Positions 1-10,271 of a DNA stretch of 16,297 bases are shown one piece after another. Below the pieces are notes generated by a model. That model made no database searches and had not been told where the DNA came from. It saw nothing but the letters and a program-made list of their open reading frames with translations. The DNA lies in assembly GCF_000150275.1 (NCBI RefSeq), contig NW_002061039.1, forward strand, positions 1 through 16,297, read 5' to 3'. Each line of letters opens with the position of its first letter. Within the stretch, counting starts at the first letter, position 1. The position numbers were made by a program, and so were the translations under genes. This stretch comes from Trichoplax adhaerens. Its lineage: Eukaryota; Animalia; Placozoa.

Positions 1-557
1 TCTACTGCATTATATCGAATTATGTATCTTAACACGATCCATTATAGCAACATGTAATAAACAATTTTTCGGTGGACGCCCGAAATTCAGATGTTCTTGA
101 GATCAGCTTAAACGATTATAAAATAAATACTATTTATGTAAAAGTTTCATTTTTGGAAGAACTATAATATCTCAATGCAGAAATTGCGGTATAACCAATA
201 TTATCGTAAATTACTTGCGGTTATCTATAATTTGTACTGCGGTATCAAATATTTTAAAATTAGCGTCAATAGACGACAATATAACGACTTTAGATTGTGA
301 ATTCGAATGTTAGCTTACACTAATATTCCTATGAAAAGATGTATTATCGAATACAGCCATAAATTTCGAAAGACACTCTATTTAAACTATTGTATTTTAC
401 AGTCTTAATAGGACATAATTTCTAAAATTCTTAGGAGAAGCTTACTTTGTTGTCCGTAGTGTATTATTTACTAGTAGTAATCTTATACATAGATAACTGA
501 CTAAATTTTTAAGCCATTAACAGTGATTAGTAGATATTCACTGTAGAAACTTTAAGA
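1..557 (+). repeat. Non-coding duplicated segment, copy 1 (insertion-free, 'empty-site' copy; runs off the window start)
   Basis: Collinear with 4355-6098 once two insertions are removed, e.g. AATTATGTATCTTAACAC, GTAATAAACAATTTTTCGG, GTAAATTACTTGCGGTTATCT, TAGCTTACACTAATAT, TTAGTAGATATTCA, AGAAACTTTAAGA. Roughly 75-80% identity by eye. Confidence 0.93.
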
Positions 558-614
558 AACAGTTAATCAGTTTATGACGAGAGCATTTCATCAGAATTTT
601 TCTAATAATTTGCT

Positions 615-1180
615 TGTCATAAACCAGCTTCTTGACAAAGATAACGTAAAATAAATCTCTAAATTACTATAGTCCCGGGATTCAGTATCCTTGAATATGG
701 CACAAGAATTTAGACGCCTTTGCTTATACGTTAAACAACTATCGAGCTCTTCTTTTATTCAACTATCTGCCGAGCTTAAATACCCTTCGACAGCTGCTAT
801 CATGTATGAGTCTAAAACAGTTCATGAAATTTAGTTTATATTGGATAGCTAAATCAATACTGAAATTATTTATAATCTTAGACATGTACTGAACGATTCT
901 AGATAATTAGATTACAGTATATCCATATACAGAATTATTTATAGTATCATCTATAATTGAATATCTTCAGGATATTCATCACAAGCATTACAAGACATAT
1001 ATTATAATCAATTAACATTAGTTAGCGTATAAGAAGTCTTACTACAGTACAGCATAACTTACTGTAACAAAATAATAACTATCGTAGTTCTTACTGTAAG
1101 TCATTCTTAGTTATCTACATATATAAATGTTAATCATTAAATTTAGTCATTTACTCTTCACGGTGGTTCGTACCGTGACA
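615..1180 (-). mobile_element. Solo-LTR-like element, 566 bp (family B-related termini)
   Basis: Starts TGTCATAAACCAGCTT and ends CCGTGACA. Perfect 5-bp TSD TTGCT at 610-614 and 1181-1185. Minus-strand ATATAAA (835-841) and AATAAA (754-759). The left terminus resembles TGTCACAAAACAGCTT of the 5498 element. Confidence 0.85.
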
Positions 1181-2640
1181 TTGCTTGAATTCTTTCTAGA
1201 AAATTGTGGTAAACTAGATTAATATTTCCTAGTATAATTATTATAATTATCGACAAAAAAATTTAAATTCGACCCATTATGTACTTGTCATACAGTATAA
1301 TAGATATTGGAGCTAAACTTAGTAATTCTTAGAACGACAATCAGTTGTTAATTCAGTATTACTATAAACGGATTAATTGTTGTAAAATTTGTAAAACCCA
1401 ATACGATCTTAATGAAAGTAAAGTAGGGATAGTAAATCTATATCTATCAGTACGGAAATTGATAAAAATCAAATTTAGTTTATGAATAAAATGTGCTGTT
1501 ACCATGCAGCTAATTAACTATTACTGTTTCGATGTTATCACTAATTTTATGAATGATTATATTCTTGTAAGAAGTAAACAGAATACTTGACAATATCTAC
1601 TGTATATCGATGATGTAAACAACATGATTTTATTTCTAATAAATGTATTTTTTTCAATCTGCGTAACTCCTATTCCTGAAATCATAAGATAATAAATAAT
1701 TATTGTTATATTTATTTTCGCTGTTTTCTATTTATAACATAGACCCAGTTCTATAGAAATAACGTAATGGCTAGCGTCTTTGGTATTCACTTAACTTAAC
1801 AGAAAAACGGATTTAGCTTATGTCAATCGTGGTAAAAAGGTATTTAATTACAATTTGAATAAATACACTTTAAATTACATAATTAATTAAAGCCCGCCGG
1901 ATTTTACTATTGGAACCCCAAATTCTCTCTAATAAGGAAATTTATTATTTTGACTTTGTCTAGGATATTAGCTATTATGTTATTTTGATCAATCTTTAAT
2001 GACGAGATAATAATGTAAACTTACTACTGTACTTAACTCGAGCGAGCTATTTATATTTAGTGATGCTTATTATGCATTGTTTGATCGCATTAACTTTCGT
2101 TGCCAGAATATGACTCCAGGATTTATTGTAAATCGCTTTGATCGATTATGATCAGGTAGTTTTATTATGGTTACTAGAGCATTGTTCTTGGAAATTGAAG
2201 CTAAAGTACTGTTATTATTTGGCATTATATTATAATAGGAATTCAATTTAGTCTTTATATTTTTGACTGTTTAAAATAAGTGAGGAAATTGACCTTTATC
2301 GCGTCTATATTATCTATGTTATGCGCATTGTTATTGAATAGAATTCAATCAAAAAATATTTGAACAATCTTAGTAGTAAATATCAAGACTTAGTCTTGGC
2401 AAAATGTAAAGGAGTTAAAAAACTTTATATATACATTGCTGCAAGATTGACTTATCATTCATGAAAAGACCCAATACTGATAGTATCTTCCACGATTTTA
2501 ATCGGATAGCATCAAAACACTTATACGCTGCAGAAATAGATAGTTACCGGTCAGCTCTCTAAGTAATTTAGAATATCTTAACACTGATTAAATTTAATTA
2601 CTAACGTTCAGCTCTTCAAGAAACTTATCGCTTTATTATA

Positions 2641-3720
2641 ATGAATAATTCAAGCGAATATTCTGTCTTCCTTAATAACGAAGCTGTACGTGTATTCGCG
2701 TGGGTTATCGCATTAATTGGTCTACCTTTAAATGTCCTTCTTATCGGTTTTATGATTTGGGAATCTTGGTCGGCAAATTATTCTAAAAAAAGACGAAATT
2801 TTCATGATCAAAATCCTACCATTCTAAAGAGTCCTTCTTTATGGTTACTCTTTAATCTATTTATTTGCGACTTATTTGCTTCTATTTATATGTTTATATT
2901 AGCTATATCTGATAGCTATTATATCTATTACTACAAGAACATTTACCACTTTAATACTAGTTCTTCACTAGTAAAGAATGTTTGGTTCAAAAGTTCTGCA
3001 TGTGTTACAGCTCATTTTTTTGCTAAAGTTACTATCTCTATAGCTGGTACATTGACGTTAGTTATGGCTATAGATCGCTTTCTACTAATTGTTCGACCAC
3101 ATAGTAAATGGAAATTTACTATGAAAGTAAGTCAAATTATTACTGCAGTTATATGGATTGTAGATTTTAGTTTTGTAAGTGGAATGGCTGTATCTCACTT
3201 TAATAGTATAAGCCGTATTTCGTCTTATACATTTCGATTCGATTTAAATTTATGTCTTGGCGATTTTGATTCCTTAATTTTCCATAGAATCTTGTCATAT
3301 TTTGAATTAGGCTACTATCTTTTAGCTTATGTAGTCAGTCTTATATTATACCTACTAATAATACGGAAGTTAAGAATATCGAGATTAACTTTTGGATCAC
3401 AAGCATCATCTACATGCGAGAGACGCTTTCAGATTATGTTTACACTTATTGCATGTACCAATGCATTCGCCTTCTTTTTTATTACGATTTCTACCATCGC
3501 TACCAGTCCTAACGCTGAGCGCAGTACATTTCAAAACATAGTTAACCTGTTTGTGTTTGTTAATTCTGCAATCGATCCTATATTATACCTAATCTTTCGG
3601 CGTAATGACATTAAGAAACAGTTATACTGTGGGCGTATTTATAATACAGTCATTGAACCTGCTAGTCAAACTAAAACAAGACAAACTGACCAAGTTGGCC
3701 TTATGGAGATTCAAAAATAG
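2641..3720 (+). CDS. Intronless rhodopsin-like (class A) orphan GPCR, 359 aa; LGR/RXFP(GRL101)-like 7TM without LRR ectodomain
   Basis: Seven hydrophobic segments. TM1 Asn (LPLN), TM2 NLFICD, ECL1 WFKSSAC, TM3 AIDRF (DRY variant), TM4 IW, ECL2 NLCL, TM5 LY, TM7 NSAIDPILY (NPxxY variant). N-terminal sequons NNS/NSS. In-frame TAA at 2602-2604 upstream of the ATG. Confidence 0.95.
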   Translation: MNNSSEYSVFLNNEAVRVFAWVIALIGLPLNVLLIGFMIWESWSANYSKKRRNFHDQNPTILKSPSLWLLFNLFICDLFASIYMFILAISDSYYIYYYKNIYHFNTSSSLVKNVWFKSSACVTAHFFAKVTISIAGTLTLVMAIDRFLLIVRPHSKWKFTMKVSQIITAVIWIVDFSFVSGMAVSHFNSISRISSYTFRFDLNLCLGDFDSLIFHRILSYFELGYYLLAYVVSLILYLLIIRKLRISRLTFGSQASSTCERRFQIMFTLIACTNAFAFFFITISTIATSPNAERSTFQNIVNLFVFVNSAIDPILYLIFRRNDIKKQLYCGRIYNTVIEPASQTKTRQTDQVGLMEIQK

Positions 3721-3819
3721 CTGTTATTAAATGTTAATTACTAAAGCATAATAGTCTAAGGTTTGAAGAATGGCGATCTTGAAATAATCATCCTTGCAAC
3801 ATGCATACGAGATAGAAGA

Positions 3820-4364
3820 TATAGAGATTAAGCTGCTAAAATTCAACAAACTTTGATTCTACTTTCGCTTCGCTCTAGCTGACTTAGCAAATCTTTGACA
3901 ACACATTAAATCAGAGAAATAACCAAATAACAATTTATTAGAACTTGCGAGAGCGATCGATGAAACGTCCTTTATAATACTTAATTTGTACTTAATTCTG
4001 AAGTATCGTAAGTGAAGAAATCAAAAAGACAGAAATAAAACTGAAAACAACTAAATAACCTTGCAAGAAAAAGAGCGATTTCACTTACAACTTGGCCTAG
4101 ATGGTCTTTGAATTTCAACTTGTTCTTCAAAATGAATATTCTTACTCTCTATCCTAAATTTTCTGATTGCACAGCTATTTATAGGCTTCGTATAGCGCTC
4201 AGTGATGCTAAAAACTAAAAATTTACCTATCAATTACTCTTAAAATTAACTTAAGAAAACTACTTTGCACTATTTAAGAAAGCAAAAATTACTTAATGTT
4301 CTGGTAAGATTTACTTAATGATTCCCTTCAAAACGTTACAAAACTAATCAATTATTTACTACAT
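3820..4364 (-). mobile_element. Degenerate LTR-like repeat, family C copy 1 (right boundary approximate)
   Basis: Direct repeat of ~9510-10053 (shared AACAAACTTTGAT, ACAATTTATTA, GTTCTTCAAA, ATTTATAGGCTTCGTA, AGAAAACTACTTTGCAC, GATTCCCTT). Begins TATAGAGAT where copy 2 has TGTAGAGAT. Minus-strand CCTATAAAT (4177-4185) and AATAAA (3934-3939). No TSD found. Confidence 0.65.
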
Positions 4365-4682
4365 CATAGCTCAATTATGTATCTTAACACTATTCAACTA
4401 TAGCAAAGAGTAATAAACAATTTTTCGGCAGGCGCCCGAAAATCAGGTGTTCTTTGTAATCTGTATTATTATAAGCACTACTCGTTAAAGCTTTATTTCT
4501 AGATCGGCTTGAACTGTTATAATATAAGTACTATCCATGCAGAAGTTTTATATCTGAAAGGACTATAATATCTCAATGCTACAATATAAGTACAATTAAT
4601 ATTATGGTAAATTACTTGCGGTTATCTTTAATATGTATTCTGTTATCAAGTATTGTAAAACTAGAGTTAATAAATGACAATG

Positions 4683-5228
4683 TGTAATGTAACTTAGTAT
4701 TGTGATTGTAGACTGTTAGCCATGTTTAGTATAGTGTACGGTAGATATTTATCCTAAGAGATATTTGGTAGCTATAACTATAGACTGTAGTGGTATAGAC
4801 TCTATGCTAGAGTACAGATGACTATATACAGTAAGGTGTTGAGTTACTAATAAGGCTATAGGTAAAAATAGAACTGTAAATCATATATTTGGATATGGTT
4901 AATTCATTGTACTTTGGCTGGTGTGAATAATGTCTAAGTAAGTACTGTAGTCGTATCCATATTGGATTAATGATGGTCCGCAATAGTCTTTCTAAGAATA
5001 ATTTAACTATGTGTAAAATAAGGTAAAAGTTGCGATGCGGATTGTAGCTGCGAATGCTACGAAAAGTATAAAAGCATGCAACTTTAGATTATTCAGTTAG
5101 TTCGTTGTAGAAGTCTTTAGTAGTAGTATTCGGCTAGAGTAGAGCTGTGTGCAGTTAATCTTTGTATACGATTCAATAAAGCCCTTATTTTTCTAAAATT
5201 TGGAATCTCGTGATTGGTATATATCACA
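4683..5228 (+). mobile_element. Solo LTR, family A copy 1, 546 bp
   Basis: TGTAATGT...ATATCACA termini. TSD CAATG at 4678-4682 and 5229-5233. Absent from the homologous site (277-281). TATAAAAG 5067-5074, TCAGTT 5093-5098, AATAAA 5175-5180. Second copy inverted at 13230-13685. Confidence 0.93.
5067..5098 (+). promoter_or_regulatory. LTR core promoter: TATA box plus initiator
   Basis: TATAAAAG begins 28 nt upstream of the A (5095) of a TCAGTT initiator-consensus match. Both motifs are conserved in the inverted copy (13289-13296 and 13265-13270). Confidence 0.6.
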
Positions 5229-5497
5229 CAATGTAATGACTTTAGATCGCGAATTCGACCGATAGCTTACACTAATATCCCTATGAAAAGATATATCCTC
5301 ACGCGCAACCATGAATTTTGAAAGATACTCTATGTAAACTATTTTATAGTCTTAACATAACATACCGGTAATTTCCACAATTCTTATGAGAAGCTTAGTT
5401 TGTTATTTGCGGTACAGTATATTGTTTACTAGTGGTAACCCTATACATAGATAGCTGACTAAATTTTAAGCAATTAACAGTAATTAGTAGATATTCA

Positions 5498-6076
5498 TGT
5501 CACAAAACAGCTTTCGCGAACGTACCTAAACTAGTCTATCTACTCTTAAGGTTCTCCGACTAACTCCGGAGATCCTCAGTAAGGGAAAACTAACTAATTC
5601 CTATACTATAGTAATCAAGTCAAACGATAGGTTTAGGTTAATAAATATCTTTATTACTAGCTTGCTTACGTTTGTACCAGTGTACTCTACGTTAGCCTCT
5701 GTGGAACTGAGATTAAAAAGTAATAATCAAGCTTATATACAGTTTCGTATGTCACACAAATAAGATCGGTACTAATCTTTCACATTAAATTATATAATGT
5801 GCAATGCAGGCTTACTATAGATCCGACTAGATCGAGTATTACTTAATACTTGCCACAAATTAATATTATTAATTAGTACCTTATTAACTAACATAATAAT
5901 CTTCACAGCTTGATATTATAATTGCGAACACCATATCCACGCTGTATATTACTACGATAATTAATAACAAAACTCAATTAACAACTAGGTTGTTGTCGAG
6001 ATCAGCAACCTCCATAATAACATTATTACACATATTAGATCAAAATATTATTCATTTCGGAGCGAGCTCCGTCACA
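5498..6076 (-). mobile_element. Solo LTR, family B, 579 bp
   Basis: TGTCACAAAACAGCTT...CTCCGTCACA termini. TSD ATTCA at 5493-5497 and 6077-6081. Absent from the homologous site (single ATTCA at 536-540). Minus-strand TATATAA (5733-5739) and AATAAA (5650-5655). Homologous to ~15790-16012 inverted. Confidence 0.92.
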
Positions 6077-6404
6077 ATTCACTATAGAAACTTTAAGACC
6101 TTAATGTTAGTTATATCTTTACAGTATCAGCAATAGCATGCCTATCTATATTATCTGCCTGGAATATGCAATATAGTATTTATTTCAGCAGAAGAATAAA
6201 AATTCAGCTCTAGACATTGTACATTACTGTTACGTCTAAATCTGATGATCGAGTTTACCCTTATTGTTCATGCTTATTTAAAAAAACGACGTAGATTATA
6301 CCTTTATTTAATATTTATTTACTAGACAATGCATTATTAGCAACATTTACGCTTATTTATTGATGATTGTCGCTCACTAGAAAAGGTAAAAAGTTGAATG
6401 CAAT

Positions 6405-8072
6405 ATGTCCAATACCAGTCACTATTCAGTTTTTCTCTGCCCGTGATCCTGTCCATACACTAGATTGGCCTGCAGTCTCCATTAGTTTACTGTAAAATCT
6501 ATTTATCATTTGTTTTATGACCTACAAATCATATTATTTAAACCCACTACAAGGAAAAGAAACGGTTTTTCAGTCTTTTGTAAGCCACACCAGTCAAAAA
6601 TGTATGATTCAAAAGTATAGGCTGTAGTATTGCAAGATTTAATCCTCGAATAAAAAATATTATGTTCTTATCAATAAGTTCAGTTACAGCTATTGATCCT
6701 TATATCTTAATCACTAGTGCTCACAGTGAAAAAATTATCATACAAAAATTATACGAACAATTCTCGGTTTCTGAGCTGCCTGTATCATTATTCGTAGAGG
6801 ATTTATTATCTTCACTATCGATAGTTTACGTTATTTACCAGAGTATACATTTGATTTTGTAATAAATTATTGCTACGATGATTACTTTCAAACAATAGCT
6901 CAAGCAATTACGAGTTTTATTTAGTTACCGTATGTTACAACTACAATTGTAACACAAACGACTAACGAATTCTACGAGATCGATCACTAATAAATTTCTT
7001 AATCATCCCAGTGAACTAAAGCAGCTAACTAAATCTCGGAGCGTTTACAAACCTCCGACTACTACTGTAGGTACTCGATCTCTCTAAGACTAGTATCCTA
7101 AGTCTCACACAAAAAAACAAACATTAGCTATGCACGGTAAGTAAAGTTTGTTTCTAGATAAGCACGAAGGTTCTCTCTTAGCTAAGCCGAATTTCACATT
7201 AATAGAAATCTTTAGATTAAGATAAATTAAACCAGTTTAAACGAGTTCAATCACAGAATGACAAGTCATTCAAAATGTTTCAAACATGACTCTTCTTAAC
7301 CTTAGTCAAAAGCAGTTAGTTACTTAAATAATATTAGCATTAACTAATAACTAAAGTAGAAGCCTTTAATATAGAATTAACGCTTAAACTTACAAGACTG
7401 GTAATTCTTACCTATGAATCAGTGCGTCAAACATTATATTAAACATAATCGATTATTGTATACAGATGTGGATAAACATCTTGACAAACGTAACAGAAAC
7501 GTCAATACAATTTCTATTGTTGTACTCAAGAATAGGAACAATAACACAAGACAATACGTTTGCTTCAGAACCACAATATAAAGTGTCCACACACAATACC
7601 TAATATAGTAGGCTACAAATACCGTTATACAAAACCTACTGTATGTAATACATACACATCTTTCACCATCAAAGCGTGATCGTGACACCTTATTAATTCT
7701 AAGTTAACGTTGTGGTCATCGTTCTATATGCCACTATGATTTGGAAGTTAAGAAATCGAGAAAGATATTTCAAGTGGTATTTTCTCAAACTCTGGAAAGG
7801 CGATTTCTAGTTACGCTTATTAGGATTACTGTGACCAGTGCTTCTGTATTCTTATACTTACTATTGCATGTCGTATCGAATTCACAAGTAATATCGAAAG
7901 TGAAATTTAAAAATTAATTACCATATTTTCAAATGCCAAAGTGGCTATAGATCCAACATTCTATATACTATTTCGATTTAATTGTCATCATGAAAAACGT
8001 TTTCATTGTTGGAAGAGACATCGTTTCGTTGTTGTCGAACCAACAAATATTCAAAATCACAATCTATCTTGA
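6405..8072 (+). pseudogene. Decayed paralogue of the 2641-3720 GPCR (many stops and frameshifts, TM2 deleted, LTR inserted in TM5)
   Basis: Manual translation gives collinear blocks: MSNTSHYSVFL; W..ISLL*NLFIICFM (TAA 6493); VKNV*FKSIGC (TGA 6605)...VTAIDPYILI; GF* at the TM4 Trp (TGA 6772); YTFDFVINYC; SFI*LPY (TAG 6922); VVVIVLYATMIWKLR; LERRFLV; VAIDPTFYILFR...VVEPT, stop TGA 8070-8072. The 6662-6862 ORF is its TM3 fragment. Confidence 0.92.
6933..7687. mobile_element. Solo-LTR-like insertion, 755 bp, inside the GPCR pseudogene
   Basis: TGTTACA...CGTGACA termini. Near-TSD CCGTA (6928-6932) / CCTTA (7688-7692). Removing the element plus one TSD copy rejoins TM5 in frame with no gap relative to the intact paralogue. 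Confidence 0.85.
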
Positions 8073-9509
8073 TTCTTACAGAAGCAATTTATAAAATATT
8101 AACCACAAAACTCTATGTAGATGAGCTTTATTACACAAAACGTTTAATTTCTTATAGAGTTTAGCAGTTTGGAGGTTAAAACCTTCTTATTAAAGTTCTT
8201 TCATCATTTCAAAGTCGACGAAAACCATCTAAAGTTAATGCTGATTCCAAAATTATGAACAGTTTTTGCCTTCACTACCCGTTTGGCCATGACGGTATTG
8301 CAAAAAAATCGGCTTCCACATTATGTATATAGATGAGGATTATATTAACTGGATTTAACTTGCCTGCTTAGAAGAAGACTTGAAGTGACATCTATTAAAT
8401 TGCACTAGAATCACAGAAACGAGTAAAATTAAGTAATTCATAGAAATGATGTCATATTTTGTACCCTTGAAATCCTTAGTGTGTTGTCCTCTCGCCATAT
8501 TTGATATATTTGATATGTATTATCATTGTTATTACGATATGTACCTGATACAATATAGCAATATTGATTTGTCATTGATGTCGTATAACAGTCGTATAAG
8601 AGTAGGAAAAATTGTTGTTGTTTGTGAGACCACCTACAAGATAGCTAAGATAAGCTTTATTACGAAATAATTATACTAAGTTGCTAACTTTATTTCTATC
8701 GTAATCTATAGATCCCTGAATCTGTTTACGCTAAACTTGTTTATTTGTCAACATGGTAAGAGAATGCTATTTAAATGAGCGCATTTCTTACCCTCGACAA
8801 TTCCAGTTCCTCTTAAATATTTTGAAATGGAATCTTATACAGAATAAAACAAGTGAGATATAAATAAATAACTAATCTCTTCATATTATTTATAGCTTAA
8901 TTTAGTTAATAAATTCACACTAGTTAATTTATCACAAACAGTCGCCTGTTCGTTCTCCTAAATCTGGTGTAAAGTTGGCTATTGATATTCTGCATTTGGA
9001 ACAACAGAATGTATTTAATTCTATTTTAGAGTATCACATCTTGATTATTGTCTTTTAAATTCAATTAGTATCTATGAATATTAACATGCTATCTTCACTG
9101 GTTACATAATTCCTCCCGGTGATGATGATATTATTGTTTTTCTAGTAAACTATTCTAGCCAATACGGTTTTAATCTAATTACTTCTAACCTATAATGCTA
9201 TTCACATAATCATGTTTCATCTTTAGTCTAACTAGCATCATCAACAGTAGACGCAATAAATGCTAGTGCTGCGGATCAAATAACAATTTTAAAGACTGCT
9301 AAAAGCAGAGTTAGGATTAAAGTTGGTGGCTTAATTTATTATAGCTGATGATATAGACTATGGTGATAACATAACCAGATCGGGCAATTATATAAAGAAG
9401 TAGCCTTCTTTTTAGAGGTTTTTGTCTGTCTTCTGTCCTATAGTAGAACATTGAATCCGTAATGAAGGTACCTTTATATATCAATATAAACATGTAATGA
9501 AATAAAAAG

Positions 9510-10271
9510 TGTAGAGATCAAGCTACAAAACTTTAACAAACTTTGATCTACTTTCGTTGCACTCCGGTCGACTTAACGCTAATACTTTGACACCAAATAA
9601 AATTTCGGGAAATAATCGAACAACAATTTATTACAAAACAAAAATGGAGAGAAGTATAAACCGAACAACCGCACAAATACTTAGCTTTAAGTATTATTAA
9701 AATAAGTGACCGACTTAAAAACTGTCAACGACCAAACAACCTTTCAAAAACAAGAACGTTTTAACTTACGACAATTCGACCCCGAAGACCTTTTAAATTC
9801 AACAAGTTCTTCAAATAAAATCTTCTTCTACTCTCTCTAAATTTTCTAATTGCACTATCATTTATAGGCTTCGTAGAGCCGTCAGAGGTATTTAAAACTG
9901 AACATTTGCTAACTAATCGCTCTTAAGATCCGTTTTAGAAAACTACTTTGCACCATTTAAAAAAACAAAAATCATTCAAAGTTCAGACACAATTTACCCT
10001 ACGATTCCCTTACAAAACACTATAAAACTAAAAGCTAATTATAAAAATACATCAAACTTCATTTCTAACATAATTTCTATCATTAATACACTATAAAAGT
10101 CTAAAAATCAACCTTTAAACATCAAGATTCAGTCATAAAAATAACATTCTAACTACCTAACAATCAACACAACCTCTGGCAATTTCCATCTTATTTTCTA
10201 TTTTCCTCACTAAATCTCCTAATGTGACTTCAAGTCACGTCATATAATTCCAAAGTTTCAAATTCATAACA
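9510..10271 (-). mobile_element. LTR-like element, family C copy 2 (right boundary tentative)
   Basis: Starts TGTAGAG exactly where homology to 3820 begins. Minus-strand TATAAA (9861-9866) and AATAAA (9627-9632). Candidate end ...CATAACA with AAAAG on both flanks (9505-9509, 10272-10276), but this A-rich TSD could be chance. Confidence 0.6.

Larger units (their letters stand above)
4355..6098 (+). repeat. Non-coding duplicated segment, copy 2, interrupted by two solo-LTR-like insertions
   Basis: 4355-4682, 5234-5497 and 6082-6098 align in order to 1-281, 282-540 and 541-557. There is also a ~45-bp indel near 4454-4500 bounded by TTCT. Confidence 0.93.

Noticed and set aside
6662-6862. 66-aa ORF as an independent gene
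   Set aside because: It is the TM3 fragment of the GPCR pseudogene running out of frame after AHSEK.
7434-7688. 84-aa minus-strand hydrophobic ORF
   Set aside because: GTG start, lies inside the 6933-7687 element, and has no recognisable motif; hydrophobicity reflects T/G strand bias.
8446-8670. 74-aa ORF
   Set aside because: No recognisable domain, low-complexity GATAT-rich sequence; consistent with a chance ORF.
8712-9467. Chain of small exon-like segments with AG/GT borders (8712-8755, 8942-9010, 9444-9467)
   Set aside because: The join I tested hits a stop, and no protein family was recognisable; needs RNA evidence.
10224-10238. Hairpin GTGACTT-C-AAGTCAC; also near-palindrome CAACTCAAAATTCTGAGTTG at 15318-15337
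   Set aside because: Isolated 7-bp arms are expected by chance in 16 kb of AT-rich DNA.
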